Of a DNA stretch of 64,000 nt, positions 29,961 through 39,127 are shown in pieces (the first letter of the stretch is position 1; every line of letters starts with the position of its first letter). This stretch comes from an uncultured Actinomycetes bacterium (GTDB taxonomy: Bacteria; Actinomycetota; Thermoleophilia; Solirubrobacterales; Solirubrobacteraceae). The position numbers and the translations under genes were made by a program. The stretch spans positions 196,400-260,399 of the forward strand of contig CAWGTD010000009.1 of NCBI GenBank assembly GCA_963825415.1. Reading direction: 5' to 3'. A model generated the notes under the pieces. The model ran no database searches and was not told where the DNA came from. It saw only the letters and a list, made by a program, of their open reading frames with translations.

Positions 29961-30278
29961 ATGTCGGCCTCCGATCCACTCGGCCCGGTGTTCGCTGCGC
30001 TGGCCGACCCGACGCGGCGGCAGGTCGTCGAGGCCGCGCTGGACGGATCGGTCACGGTGCCGCGATTGACCGCGCAGCTGCCGATGTCCCGACAGGCGGT
30101 GGCCAAACACGTAGACGCGCTCGAGGAGGCCGGCCTGCTGTGCCGCGAGGGCGAGGGGCGCCGGCTCTCCTACCGCCTGGAGCCGACCGCGCTGCGCGCC
30201 GCCACTCTGTGGCTGGAGCGCGTCGAGCGCGAATGGGACGACCGCCTCGCCCGCCTGAAGTCGGCGGTCGAGCGCTAG
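29961..30278 (+). CDS. ArsR/SmtB family transcriptional regulator
   Basis: Intact 105-aa ORF with FAALADPTRRQVVEAAL and an HTH (LPMSRQAVAKHVDALEEAGLL). Confidence 0.85.
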   Translation: MSASDPLGPVFAALADPTRRQVVEAALDGSVTVPRLTAQLPMSRQAVAKHVDALEEAGLLCREGEGRRLSYRLEPTALRAATLWLERVEREWDDRLARLKSAVER

Positions 30279-31262
30279 GCCGGAACGGCGGCGGCGGCCT
30301 TTGCCGCGAGCTGGCCGCAGGCCGCGTCGATGTCGCGTCCGCGCGTCAACCGCACCGTCGTGCGGACGCCGCGCTCCTCGAGCACCGCGCGGAACGTCCC
30401 GATCGCCTCGCCCGTCGACCCGGCAGTAGCGCGAGCCGGTCGGGTTGAACGGGATCAGGTTGACCTTGTAGATCCGCGGGTCGAGCAGCCGGGCAAGCGC
30501 CAGCGCCTGCTCGTAGCGGTCGTTGACGCCGTCGAGCATCACGTACTCGACGAACACCATCCGGCGGCGCCGCTCGTGGTGGCGCCGGCAGGCATCCAGG
30601 ACGTCGGCGAGCGGATAGCGGTCGTTGACCGGCATCAGCTCGGAGCGCAGGGCGTCGTCGGGGGCGTGGAGCGAGAGCGCGAGGCGGATCGGCATGTCGC
30701 AATCGGTCAGCCGCTCGATGCCGGGGATCCAGCCGACGGTCGAGATCGCCGTGCGCCGGTGGGTGATGCCCAGCGAGGGCAGCCGCTCGCAAGCGGCGAG
30801 CACGGCGTCGATGTTGATCATCGGCTCGCCCATTCCCATGAAAACCGCGTGGTCGAGCGGCTCGATGCGGCGCAGGTGCAGGGCCTGGTCGAGGATCTCG
30901 CTCGCCGTCAGATTGCGGCCGAAGCGCATCTGTCCCGTCGCACAGAACGTGCAGGTCAGCGGGCAGCCCGACTGCGAGGACAGGCAGATCGACCGCCGGC
31001 CGTCGCGGTACTTCATGAGCACCGCCTCCACCGGCCGGCCGTCGTGGGTGGCGAACAGCGCCTTGACCGTGCCGTCGGACGACCGGGCCTCGTGGCGTGT
31101 CTCCAGCGAGGAGAACGGCACCTCGTCGGCCAGCCGGGCGCGCAGGCTCGCGGGGAGGTTGGTCATCTCCTCGTAGGACCCCGCGCCGCGGGCGGTCCAC
31201 TCCCAGACCTGGTCGAGGCGGAAGGCCGGCTCGTCGGCCAGCGCGCGCTGCAGGGCGTCCAT
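30275..31262 (-). CDS. rlmN: 23S rRNA (adenine2503-C2)-methyltransferase RlmN (radical SAM); one frame break near the 3' end as given
   Basis: Track ORF 29547..31349 has FRLDQVWEW, the radical-SAM box GCPLTCTFCATGQ, FMGMGEPM and NLIPFNPTG, then nonsense. A shift at ~30422 restores GSTGEAIGTFRAVLEERGVRTTVRLTRGRDIDAACGQLA, ending at the stop 30275-30277. I take the start at ATG 31262. Confidence 0.88.
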
Positions 31263-31279
31263 GTCCACACTGCCAATGT

Positions 31280-31996
31280 ATGCGCCTGGCGAAGTACCTC
31301 GCCCACTGTGGCGTGGCCTCGCGCCGCGCCGCCGAGGAACTGGTCGCACAGGGCCGCGTGACGGTGGGGGGCGAGGTCGTCGAGGACCCGGCCCGCGATG
31401 TCGACGGCTCAGAGCCGGTCGTCGTCGACGGCCGCGCGGTCACGCCGCCTCCCGACCGGGTGGTCCACGCCGTCAACAAGCCCGCGGGCGTGGTCTCGAC
31501 GGCGCGCGACACGCACGGGCGCCCCACGGTCGTCGACCTCGTGTCGTCCGAGCGCCGGCTCTACCCGGTCGGCCGCCTCGACGCCGAGACCACCGGCCTG
31601 ATCCTGCTGACCGACGACGGCGAGCTGGCCAACCGCCTGATGCACCCGCGCTTCGGCGTGCCACGCACCTATCGGGCCCGCGTGCTCGCGGGCCCGGTGC
31701 CGAGCCGCGCGCTGCACGCGCTGCGCCACGGCATCCAGCTCGACGACGGGCTCACCGGGCCGGCGCAGGTCCGCCAGCCGCGCCCCGGCGTGCTCGAGAT
31801 CACCATCAGGGAGGGGCGCAAGCGCCAGGTGCGGCGCATGTGCGAGGCGGTCGGCCACCCGGTCACGGCGCTGGAGCGGATCGCGTTCGGTCCCCTCCAG
31901 CTGGGCACGCTGCGGTCCGGCGCCCACCGGCTCCTGACCGCCCGCGAGGTGGAAGCGCTGCGCGCCGCGGCGCGCGAGCGCGGCCCGCGTAGGTAA
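31280..31996 (+). CDS. Pseudouridine synthase, RsuA/RluB family (S4 domain plus catalytic domain)
   Basis: ATG 31280 lies inside track ORF 31097..31996. An S4 domain (MRLAKYLAHCGVASRRAAEELV) is followed by the catalytic Asp motif PVGRLDAETTGLILLTDDGELANRLMHPR. Confidence 0.88.
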   Translation: MRLAKYLAHCGVASRRAAEELVAQGRVTVGGEVVEDPARDVDGSEPVVVDGRAVTPPPDRVVHAVNKPAGVVSTARDTHGRPTVVDLVSSERRLYPVGRLDAETTGLILLTDDGELANRLMHPRFGVPRTYRARVLAGPVPSRALHALRHGIQLDDGLTGPAQVRQPRPGVLEITIREGRKRQVRRMCEAVGHPVTALERIAFGPLQLGTLRSGAHRLLTAREVEALRAAARERGPRR

Positions 31997-32009
31997 TGAT
32001 GCCGCGTCC

Positions 32010-32375
32010 ATGAGGCTGCACGCGCTGCGCGGGGCGACGACCGTCGACCGCAACGAGCCCCAGGCGATTCTCGGCGCGACCGAGTGGCTGCTGCGCGAGA
32101 TCCTCAAGCGCAACGAGCTGTCCGCAGAAGACGTGGTGAGCTGCATCTTCACGCTCACCGAGGACCTCGACGCCGAGTTCCCGGCCGTGGCGGCCCGCAA
32201 CATCGGCTTCAGCGCGGTGCCGCTGCTGTGCTGCCGCGAGGTGAGCGTCCCCGACGCCCTGCCGAAGGTCATCCGCATCCTCATGCACTACTACGCCGGC
32301 GACGACCACACGCCACGCCACATCTACCTCGGCGAGGCGCGCACGCTGCGCCTCGACATCGAGGGCGCCCAGTAG
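32010..32375 (+). CDS. aroH: Chorismate mutase, AroH type
   Basis: Intact 121-aa ORF. MRLHALRGATTV..N, FTLTEDLDAEFPA and YLGEARTLRLD match the monofunctional trimeric AroH class. Confidence 0.85.
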   Translation: MRLHALRGATTVDRNEPQAILGATEWLLREILKRNELSAEDVVSCIFTLTEDLDAEFPAVAARNIGFSAVPLLCCREVSVPDALPKVIRILMHYYAGDDHTPRHIYLGEARTLRLDIEGAQ

Positions 32376-32420
32376 CCCGCTGACGGCCGCCCTTGTCCAT
32401 CGGGCGGCTGCTCTTACGAT

Positions 32421-33509
32421 GTGAGCGTGCCCCTGGAGTTCTCCGCGCGTGTAGGCCGCCTTCCGGATTACCCGGTGGCAGGCGGCTACGCGCTGCCGGA
32501 GGAGGTCGCTCTGCTGGCCTCCAACGAGTCGCCGTGGCCGCCGATCCCGGCCGTGGTCGAGGCCGCAGCCCGCGCCGCCGCGGGCGCGCACCGCTATCCC
32601 GACCCGTCCAACAGCGTGCTGCGCGGGGCGCTGAGCGCCCGCTACGGCGTGCCCGCCAACCGCATCGCGATCGGCAACGGCTCGGTCGACCTGCTGATGG
32701 CGGCCGGCGAGGCGCTGCTCGAACCCGGCGCGGAGGTCGTCTACGCCTGGCCGTCGTTCTCGGTCTATCCGCATCTGCCCGCCGCCTCGGGGGCGACGGC
32801 GATCGTGGTCGACCTCGACGCCGACCAGCGTCACGACCTCGACGCGATGGCCGAGCAGATCACGGTCGCCACGCGGCTGGTGATCGTCTGCAACCCCAAC
32901 AACCCGACGAGCACCGCGCTGCCGCTCGCCGAGATCGCCGCGTTCGTCGAGCGCGTGCCGCCCGCGGTCGCGGTGATCCTCGACGAGGCCTACTGCGAGT
33001 TCAACCTGCTCGACGACCCCGACGCGTCGGTCGACCTGCTCGAGCGCCACCCGAACCTCGTCCTGCTGCGGACGTTCTCGAAGGCCTACGGGCTGGCGGC
33101 GCTGCGGGTCGGCTACGCGCTCTGCGGCTCGCAGGAGTTCGTTCGCGCCGTGCACCAGGTGCGCCAGCCGTTCGTCTGCAACGGCGTCGCGCAGGCCGCC
33201 GCGACCGAGGCGCTGCGCCACTCAGACGCGGTCGCCGAGCGCGTCGAGCGCACGATCGCAGCGCGGGTGGAGATCGAGGAGGGCCTGCAACAGCTGGGCA
33301 TCGTGCCCGCCGAATCGCAGGCCAACTTCTGCTGGTTCGACCTGCCCGACGGCGCCGAGGAGGACGCGGTCGTCAGCGGCCTCTCCGACCGCGGCGTGCT
33401 CGTCCGGGCCGGCCGCGCGCTGGGGCGCGAGGGCGCGCTGCGCGTCACCTACGGGACCAGCGAGCAGAACCAGCGGTTCCTCACCGCCCTTGGCGAGCTG
33501 ATCGCCTGA
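32421..33509 (+). CDS. hisC: Histidinol-phosphate/aromatic aminotransferase (class II, HisC family)
   Basis: Intact 362-aa ORF with NESPWPP, CNPNNPT, DEAYCEF and the PLP lysine context RTFSKAYGLAALRVGY. Its position within an aromatic amino acid cluster suggests an aromatic or prephenate aminotransferase role. Confidence 0.8.
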   Translation: MSVPLEFSARVGRLPDYPVAGGYALPEEVALLASNESPWPPIPAVVEAAARAAAGAHRYPDPSNSVLRGALSARYGVPANRIAIGNGSVDLLMAAGEALLEPGAEVVYAWPSFSVYPHLPAASGATAIVVDLDADQRHDLDAMAEQITVATRLVIVCNPNNPTSTALPLAEIAAFVERVPPAVAVILDEAYCEFNLLDDPDASVDLLERHPNLVLLRTFSKAYGLAALRVGYALCGSQEFVRAVHQVRQPFVCNGVAQAAATEALRHSDAVAERVERTIAARVEIEEGLQQLGIVPAESQANFCWFDLPDGAEEDAVVSGLSDRGVLVRAGRALGREGALRVTYGTSEQNQRFLTALGELIA

Positions 33510-35410
33510 TGTCGCGGGCGGTCCGGGCGGCGGCGCTGGGCGCCACGCTGCTCGCGGTGTCCGCACAGCAGGCCGCGGCCGCGCCGGCCCGCTGTGTGCG
33601 GGCGCCGAAGTTCGTCTGCTCCTCGGTGGGAGTCCCGCTCGACCGGACCGGCACGGTGCCGGGCACGATCCGGGTGCGCTTCGCCGCCCAGAACCGGCTG
33701 CGCGGCGGCAAGGTGCTGGTGGCGCTCACCGGCGGCCCGGGCCAGAGCGGCATCCCGTTCGGGCCGGGCTTCGCCGAGGATCTGCGGCCCGTCCTTCGCA
33801 ACCACCGCCTCGTCGTCGTCGACCAGCGGGGCACGGGCGGCTCGCATGTCCTGAACTGCCCGGAGGTCCAGAGCCTCAGCGCGCTCGAGGAGATCCTGCC
33901 CGAGGACGTGCTCGGCTGTGCGTCACGACTGGGGCAGCTGCGCGACAGCTTCGCCACGATCGACTCCGTCGACGATCTCGAGGCGATCCGCGCGCAGCTG
34001 GGCGTCCCGCGCATCGCCATCTACGGCGTCTCCTACGGGACCTGGGTCGCCCAGCAGTACGCGCGCCGTTATCCCGACCGTGTGGAGCGGCTGGTGCTGG
34101 ACTCGGTCGTCCCGCCCGACGCCGATCCCTGGGACCTGCGGATCACGCGCGCGCTGCCGCGGGTGCTGCGCGACCTCTGCGGCCGTGGCGTCTGCGCGCG
34201 CTTCACTTCCGACCCCGCGGCCGACCTCGCCGCGCTGGTCGCGCGGATCCAGGCGAGCGGCAGCCTGAAGGCGGTGGTCCGCGACACCCGCGGCGGCCGG
34301 CGCAACGTGGTGCTGACGCAGTACGAGCTGTTGTCGCTGCTGGTCGCAAGCGACCTCAACCCGTACCTGCAGGCGCGCCTGCCGGGAGCGTTGACGGCCG
34401 CCCGCAACAACGACCTGACCCCGCTGCTGCGCCTCAAGCGCGACGCGGCCGGCCCGGCCTCGGCGATCGGCGAGCTCAGCGCCGGGCTGTTCGTCACGAC
34501 CACCTGTCTCGACCAGCCGCTGCCGTTCTCCTACGCCGACCCGATCGACGTCCGCGCCGCCCGCTCCGCCGAGGCGCTGGCCGCGCTGCCGCCCGAGAGC
34601 TACGCGCCGTTCGACCGCGAGACGATCGATCGCTCGAGCGCGTCGCAGATCTGCCTGCGCTGGCCCGACGGCGTGTTCCGGCCGGGGGCAACCAACCCGC
34701 TGCCCGACGTTCCGGCGCTCGTGCTGTCGGGCCTCGCCGACCTGCGCACACCGATCGAGGGCGCCCGGACGGTCGCCGCCGAGCTTCCCCGCGCCCAGGT
34801 GGTGCCGGTCGCGGGATCGGGCCACTCGGTGCTGACCTCCGACGTGACCGGCTGCGTGGATCGCGCTCTGACGCGGTTCTTCGCGGACCGGGCGGTGGGG
34901 TCGCCGTGCCGCGGTTTCACCGACGCGCTGCGCGTCGCGCAGATGCCGCCGCGGCGGCTGGCCGACGTCGAACCGACCTCGGGCGTGCCCGGGCCGCGCG
35001 GCCGGGTGCTGCGCGCCGCGGTGGCCACCGTCGGCGACGCGTGGACCACCGACAACGAGTCGCTCTACGCCGGCTTCAACGACACCAGCGGCGGCGGGCT
35101 GCGCAGCGGGCGCTTCTCGATCGTGCCGACCGGCAGCGGCGACCTGCTCGTCCTGCGCCAGATGGTCTACGTCCCAGGCGTGACGGTCAACGGGGCCGTG
35201 GTGGCCGCCGGCGGCCAGTTCACCGGCCGGATCGTCGTGCGGGCGCCGCAGGGGCTCTCGGGGCGGCTGCGCCTGGTCAACGGGCGGGTGCGGGGAACGC
35301 TGGGGCACCGCCGCGTCGCCGCCTCGGAGCGCGCGCTGGTGCGGGCCACGATCGCCAAGGCCGCGGCTCGTAACCTAGGTCCGACGGTGAGAGGACCCAG
35401 TGCGCCCTGA
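33509..35410 (+). CDS. Secreted alpha/beta hydrolase (TAP-like / S33 tripeptidyl-aminopeptidase family)
   Basis: ATG 33509 overlaps the hisC stop. Intact 633 aa with a signal peptide (AALGATLLAVSAQQAAA), LTGGPGQSG, DQRGTGGS, the nucleophile elbow YGVSYGT and a C-terminal GSGHSV. Confidence 0.75.
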   Translation: MSRAVRAAALGATLLAVSAQQAAAAPARCVRAPKFVCSSVGVPLDRTGTVPGTIRVRFAAQNRLRGGKVLVALTGGPGQSGIPFGPGFAEDLRPVLRNHRLVVVDQRGTGGSHVLNCPEVQSLSALEEILPEDVLGCASRLGQLRDSFATIDSVDDLEAIRAQLGVPRIAIYGVSYGTWVAQQYARRYPDRVERLVLDSVVPPDADPWDLRITRALPRVLRDLCGRGVCARFTSDPAADLAALVARIQASGSLKAVVRDTRGGRRNVVLTQYELLSLLVASDLNPYLQARLPGALTAARNNDLTPLLRLKRDAAGPASAIGELSAGLFVTTTCLDQPLPFSYADPIDVRAARSAEALAALPPESYAPFDRETIDRSSASQICLRWPDGVFRPGATNPLPDVPALVLSGLADLRTPIEGARTVAAELPRAQVVPVAGSGHSVLTSDVTGCVDRALTRFFADRAVGSPCRGFTDALRVAQMPPRRLADVEPTSGVPGPRGRVLRAAVATVGDAWTTDNESLYAGFNDTSGGGLRSGRFSIVPTGSGDLLVLRQMVYVPGVTVNGAVVAAGGQFTGRIVVRAPQGLSGRLRLVNGRVRGTLGHRRVAASERALVRATIAKAAARNLGPTVRGPSAP

Positions 35411-35566
35411 GGCAACATTCCAACTGCCACGACGGCCTCTGGATGCCCCCATGCCGCGTCCTCGGTCGGGGCAATACCACCGGTATTGCACCCTCCCTGC
35501 GTCCTTGCCTGGCGGCCCCAGAGTCTCGCCGTGCCAGGTGCAACGTCACCCCAAGGCCCACTGCCC

Positions 35567-36598
35567 ATGATGATCGTGATGAAACCGACGGCGACGGAGG
35601 AGCAGATCCAGGCCGTCATCGACCGGATCGAGGCCGTCGGCGCCAAGGCACACCCCAGCCGCGGCGAGGAAGTGACCGTGATCGGCGCGGTCGGCGACTT
35701 CGAGCACGTCGCCCGCCTCGGCCTGGACGGCGCGCCCGGCGTCGACAAGCTCGTCCCGATCCTCAAGCCCTACAAGCTGGCCTCCCACCAGCTGCGCCAC
35801 GGCCAGCCGTCGGTCCTGGAGATCTGCGGGCGCAAGGTCGGCGGCGACAACTTCGCGCTGATCGCCGGCCCGTGCACCGTCGAGTCGCGCGACCAGACGC
35901 TGACCACCGCCGACGTCGTCTCCGCGGCCGGCGCCACCATGTTCCGCGGCGGCGCCTACAAGCCGCGGACCTCGCCGTACGCGTTCCAGGGGCTTGGCCA
36001 GGAGGGCCTGCGGCTGCTCGCCGAGGCCAAGGAGCGCACCGGCCTGCCGATCGTCACCGAGCTGATGGACCCGCGCGACCTCGAGGCCGTCGCCGAGGTC
36101 GCCGACGTGATCCAGGTCGGCGCCCGCAACATGCAGAACTACTCGCTGCTCTCCGAGGTCGGCCGCTCCGGGATCCCGGCGCTGATCAAGCGCGGCCTGT
36201 CGAGCACGCTCGAGGAGCTGCTGATGGCCGCGGAGTACGTGCTCAAGGAGGGCAACGAGAACGTGATGCTGTGCGAGCGCGGGATCCGGACGTTCGAGAC
36301 CGCGTACCGCTTCACGCTCGATTTGACTGCGATCCCGGTGCTCAAGGAGCTCAGCCACCTGCCCGTGCTCGTCGATCCCAGCCACGCCGCGGGGCGGCGC
36401 GACCTGGTCACGCCGCTGTCGCTCGCGGCCGCCGCGGCCGGCGCCGACGGCGTGATCGTCGAGGTCCACCCCGACCCCGAGCAGGCCATCTGCGACGGGC
36501 CGCAGGCCCTGCGCGCCGATGGTTTCGCCGAGTACGCCGCGCGGGTCGAGCAGGCGGCGGCGGTGGCCGGCAAGGCCTTCAGCGCCGCGGCCGCGTAG
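35567..36598 (+). CDS. aroF: 3-deoxy-7-phosphoheptulonate (DAHP) synthase, type I-beta with an N-terminal regulatory domain
   Basis: ATG 35567 lies inside track ORF 35486..36598. An N-terminal ferredoxin-like domain (MMIVMKPTATEEQIQAVIDRIE) is followed by KPYKLAS, IAGPCTVES, FRGGAYKPRTSPY, QVGARNMQN, KRG and DPSH. Confidence 0.9.
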   Translation: MMIVMKPTATEEQIQAVIDRIEAVGAKAHPSRGEEVTVIGAVGDFEHVARLGLDGAPGVDKLVPILKPYKLASHQLRHGQPSVLEICGRKVGGDNFALIAGPCTVESRDQTLTTADVVSAAGATMFRGGAYKPRTSPYAFQGLGQEGLRLLAEAKERTGLPIVTELMDPRDLEAVAEVADVIQVGARNMQNYSLLSEVGRSGIPALIKRGLSSTLEELLMAAEYVLKEGNENVMLCERGIRTFETAYRFTLDLTAIPVLKELSHLPVLVDPSHAAGRRDLVTPLSLAAAAAGADGVIVEVHPDPEQAICDGPQALRADGFAEYAARVEQAAAVAGKAFSAAAA

Positions 36599-36615
36599 CG
36601 CGGCCGGCTGGACGC

Positions 36616-37657
36616 GTGCGCCTCGTCGTCGTCGGTACCGGCCTGATCGGAGGATCCATCGGGCTGGCCGCGCGAGCCAGGCTCGGCGCGACCGTGGTCG
36701 GCGTCGACCCCGACCCGAGCCCTGCGCTCGAAGCGGGCGCGATCGACGCGGCCGAGCCCCTTCAGGAAGCGCTGCGCGACGCCGACGCCGTGTTCGTCGC
36801 CACACCGGTGGCGCAGCTCGTCGACGCGCTGCGCGACGGTGGTGGCCGCCGCTCCGGCGGGCTGCGTCGTCACCGACACCGGCTCGGTCAAGCGCGAGGT
36901 GGTCGCCGCCATCGACGACGAGCGGTTCGTCGGCGGGCACCCGCTGGCCGGCTCCGAGACGGGCGGCGCCCGCGCCGCCCGCGAGGATCTCTTCGACGGC
37001 GCGACCTGGTATCTGACTCCGACCCGGCAGACCTCGGGCATGGGACTCGAGCGCCTGCACCGGCTGCTGACCGACCTGGGCGCCCGGCCGGCGGTGATCG
37101 AAGCGGAGACCCACGACCGCGTGATGGCGGCGGTCTCGCACCTGCCGCACGCGCTGGCCAACCTGCTGGTCGGCCGCGCGGCCATCGCCCTGGGCGACGA
37201 GTCCGTGGGCGGATGGGCCAACGTCGGCCCGAGCTTCCGCGACGCCACACGCGTCGCGGGCGCCAACCCCGAGCTGTGGGCCGGTATCTACGCGGCCAAC
37301 CGCGACGCGCTGATCGCCGAGCTCGACGCCGCGGTCAGCGAGCTGAGCGACGTTCGCGACCGGCTGGCCGCCGGAGAGGACCTGCGCGCCTGGCAGGAGC
37401 GGGCCGCCGCCGGGCGCGACGCGCTGCTGGCCGCGACGGCCGGGGAGGAGCTGGCCGAGCTTGCGGTGGTGGTGCCCAACCGCCCCGGCGTCATCGCCGA
37501 CGTCGCGCTCACGCTTTCGCGCGCGGGCATCAACATCGCCGACATGTCGCTGGCCCCGTCGCCCGACATGGCGACCGGCGCCCTGGTCCTATGGGTGCCC
37601 GCGGCCCGCGCCGGGCGCGCGGCCGAGCTGCTCGCCGACCTGGGCCTGACGGCATGA
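36616..37657 (+). CDS. tyrA: Prephenate dehydrogenase with a C-terminal ACT domain; one frame break as given
   Basis: Frame 1 from GTG 36616 gives VVVGTGLIGGSIGLA... After ~36838 the sense continues in frame 2 (track ORF 36839..37657) with CVVTDTGSVK, FVGGHPLAGSE, HDRVMAAVSHLPH and an ACT-like VVVPNRPGVIADVALTLSRAGINI. Confidence 0.88.
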
Positions 37658-38946
37658 ACGTCCGCTTCCCACCGGCGCCCGCCCTGCGGGGGGAGCTGAC
37701 ACCTCCGGCCGACAAGTCGATCTCCCACCGCGCGGCGCTGCTCGGGGCCATGGCTTCCGAGCCCGTCCGCATCCGCAACTACCTCGCCGCCGCCGACACC
37801 AACTCGACGCTCGAGGCCGCGCGCCGGCTGGGTGCGCTGGTCGAGCCGCGCGCCGACGAGCTCGTCGTCCGCGGCGTGGGCCTGCGCGAGGCGGCCGAGA
37901 CCGCCGAGCCGATCGACGTCGGCAACGCCGGGACGCTCATGCGCCTGCTGCCGGGGTGGTTGGTCGCCCAGGAGGGCCGTGCCTACACGCTCGACGGCGA
38001 CGCGTCGATCCGGCGCCGCCCGGTGGACCGCATCGCCGAGCCGCTGCGGCGCATGGGCGCCGGGATCGAGGCGACCGACGGGCGCTTTCCGCCGCTGGTG
38101 GTCAGGGGCGCCCGGCTGCACGCGATCGACTACGAGCTGCCGGTGGCCAGCGCCCAGGTCAAGTCGTGCGTGATGCTCGCGGCGCTGGCGGCCGACGGCA
38201 CCACGACGATCACCGAGCCCGCTCCCAGCCGCGACCACACCGAGCGGATGCTGGTCCGCGCGGGCGTCACCGTCACCCGCGATGGCGCGCGCGTGGCCGT
38301 CGTCAACTGCGACGAGCTCGAGCTCGACGAGGTCGACGTCCCCGGCGACCTGTCGTCGGCGGCGTTCGTCATCGCGGCCGCGGTCCTGGTGGCCGGTTCG
38401 CGCATCATCGTGCGCGACGTCGGCGTCAACTGGACCCGGACCGGGTTCCTGCGCATCCTCGAGCGGATGGGCGCGATCGTGCTCGGCGACCTCGAGGACG
38501 AGCCCGCCGGGATCGTGCCGGACGAGCCGACGAGCGACCTCGACGTCGCCCACGGCCCGCTCGTGGGCACCGACGTCGAGGCGGACGAGGTGCCGCTGGC
38601 CATCGACGAGCTCCCGCTCGTGGCACTGCTCGGCTGCTTCGCCGAGGGCGAGACGCGCGTGCGCGGCGCCCAGGAGCTGCGGGTCAAGGAGTCCGACCGC
38701 ATCGCCGGGATCGTCGAGGGCCTGGCGGCGCTGGGCGGCGACATCCAAGCCACCGAGGACGGCTTCGTGGTCCGCGGAACGGGCGGGCTGCGCGGTGGGA
38801 CGATCGAGTCTCGCGGCGACCACCGGCTGGCGATGGTCGGGGCGGTGGCCGGTCTGGCGAGCCGCGAGGGCGTCGAGGTCGCGGGCATGGAGGCGGCGGC
38901 GGTGTCCTATCCGCGCTTCGCCGATGACCTCGCCTCGCTGCTGTAG
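37654..38946 (+). CDS. aroA: 3-phosphoshikimate 1-carboxyvinyltransferase (EPSP synthase)
   Basis: ATG 37654 forms an ATGA overlap with the tyrA stop. Intact 430 aa within track ORF 35443..38946, with PADKSISHRAALLG, GNAGTLMRLL, LRVKESDRI and DHRLAM. Confidence 0.95.
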   Translation: MNVRFPPAPALRGELTPPADKSISHRAALLGAMASEPVRIRNYLAAADTNSTLEAARRLGALVEPRADELVVRGVGLREAAETAEPIDVGNAGTLMRLLPGWLVAQEGRAYTLDGDASIRRRPVDRIAEPLRRMGAGIEATDGRFPPLVVRGARLHAIDYELPVASAQVKSCVMLAALAADGTTTITEPAPSRDHTERMLVRAGVTVTRDGARVAVVNCDELELDEVDVPGDLSSAAFVIAAAVLVAGSRIIVRDVGVNWTRTGFLRILERMGAIVLGDLEDEPAGIVPDEPTSDLDVAHGPLVGTDVEADEVPLAIDELPLVALLGCFAEGETRVRGAQELRVKESDRIAGIVEGLAALGGDIQATEDGFVVRGTGGLRGGTIESRGDHRLAMVGAVAGLASREGVEVAGMEAAAVSYPRFADDLASLL

Positions 38947-39127
38947 TTACCAATTGGTCCCCATTCCCGCCTGGGGATGTGGTTGAGTACGCCGTCATGG
39001 TCGGTCCAGTGACCGGCGGGACGTCCGCACACCACGGAGGCAGTCGCGCCGGCGGCTTTGCTGCAGGTGCGCCGATTCCCGACCAGCCTGCAGGTCGAGG
39101 CTGATCTACCGGCTGCGCAAGCTGCCG

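Noticed and set aside
35471-35489. Hairpin GCAATACC-ACC-GGTATTGC in the 157-nt leader of aroF, considered as an attenuator or T-box-like element.
   Set aside because: It is a single 8-bp stem with no specifier/terminator architecture or leader peptide that I could recognise. That is insufficient evidence.
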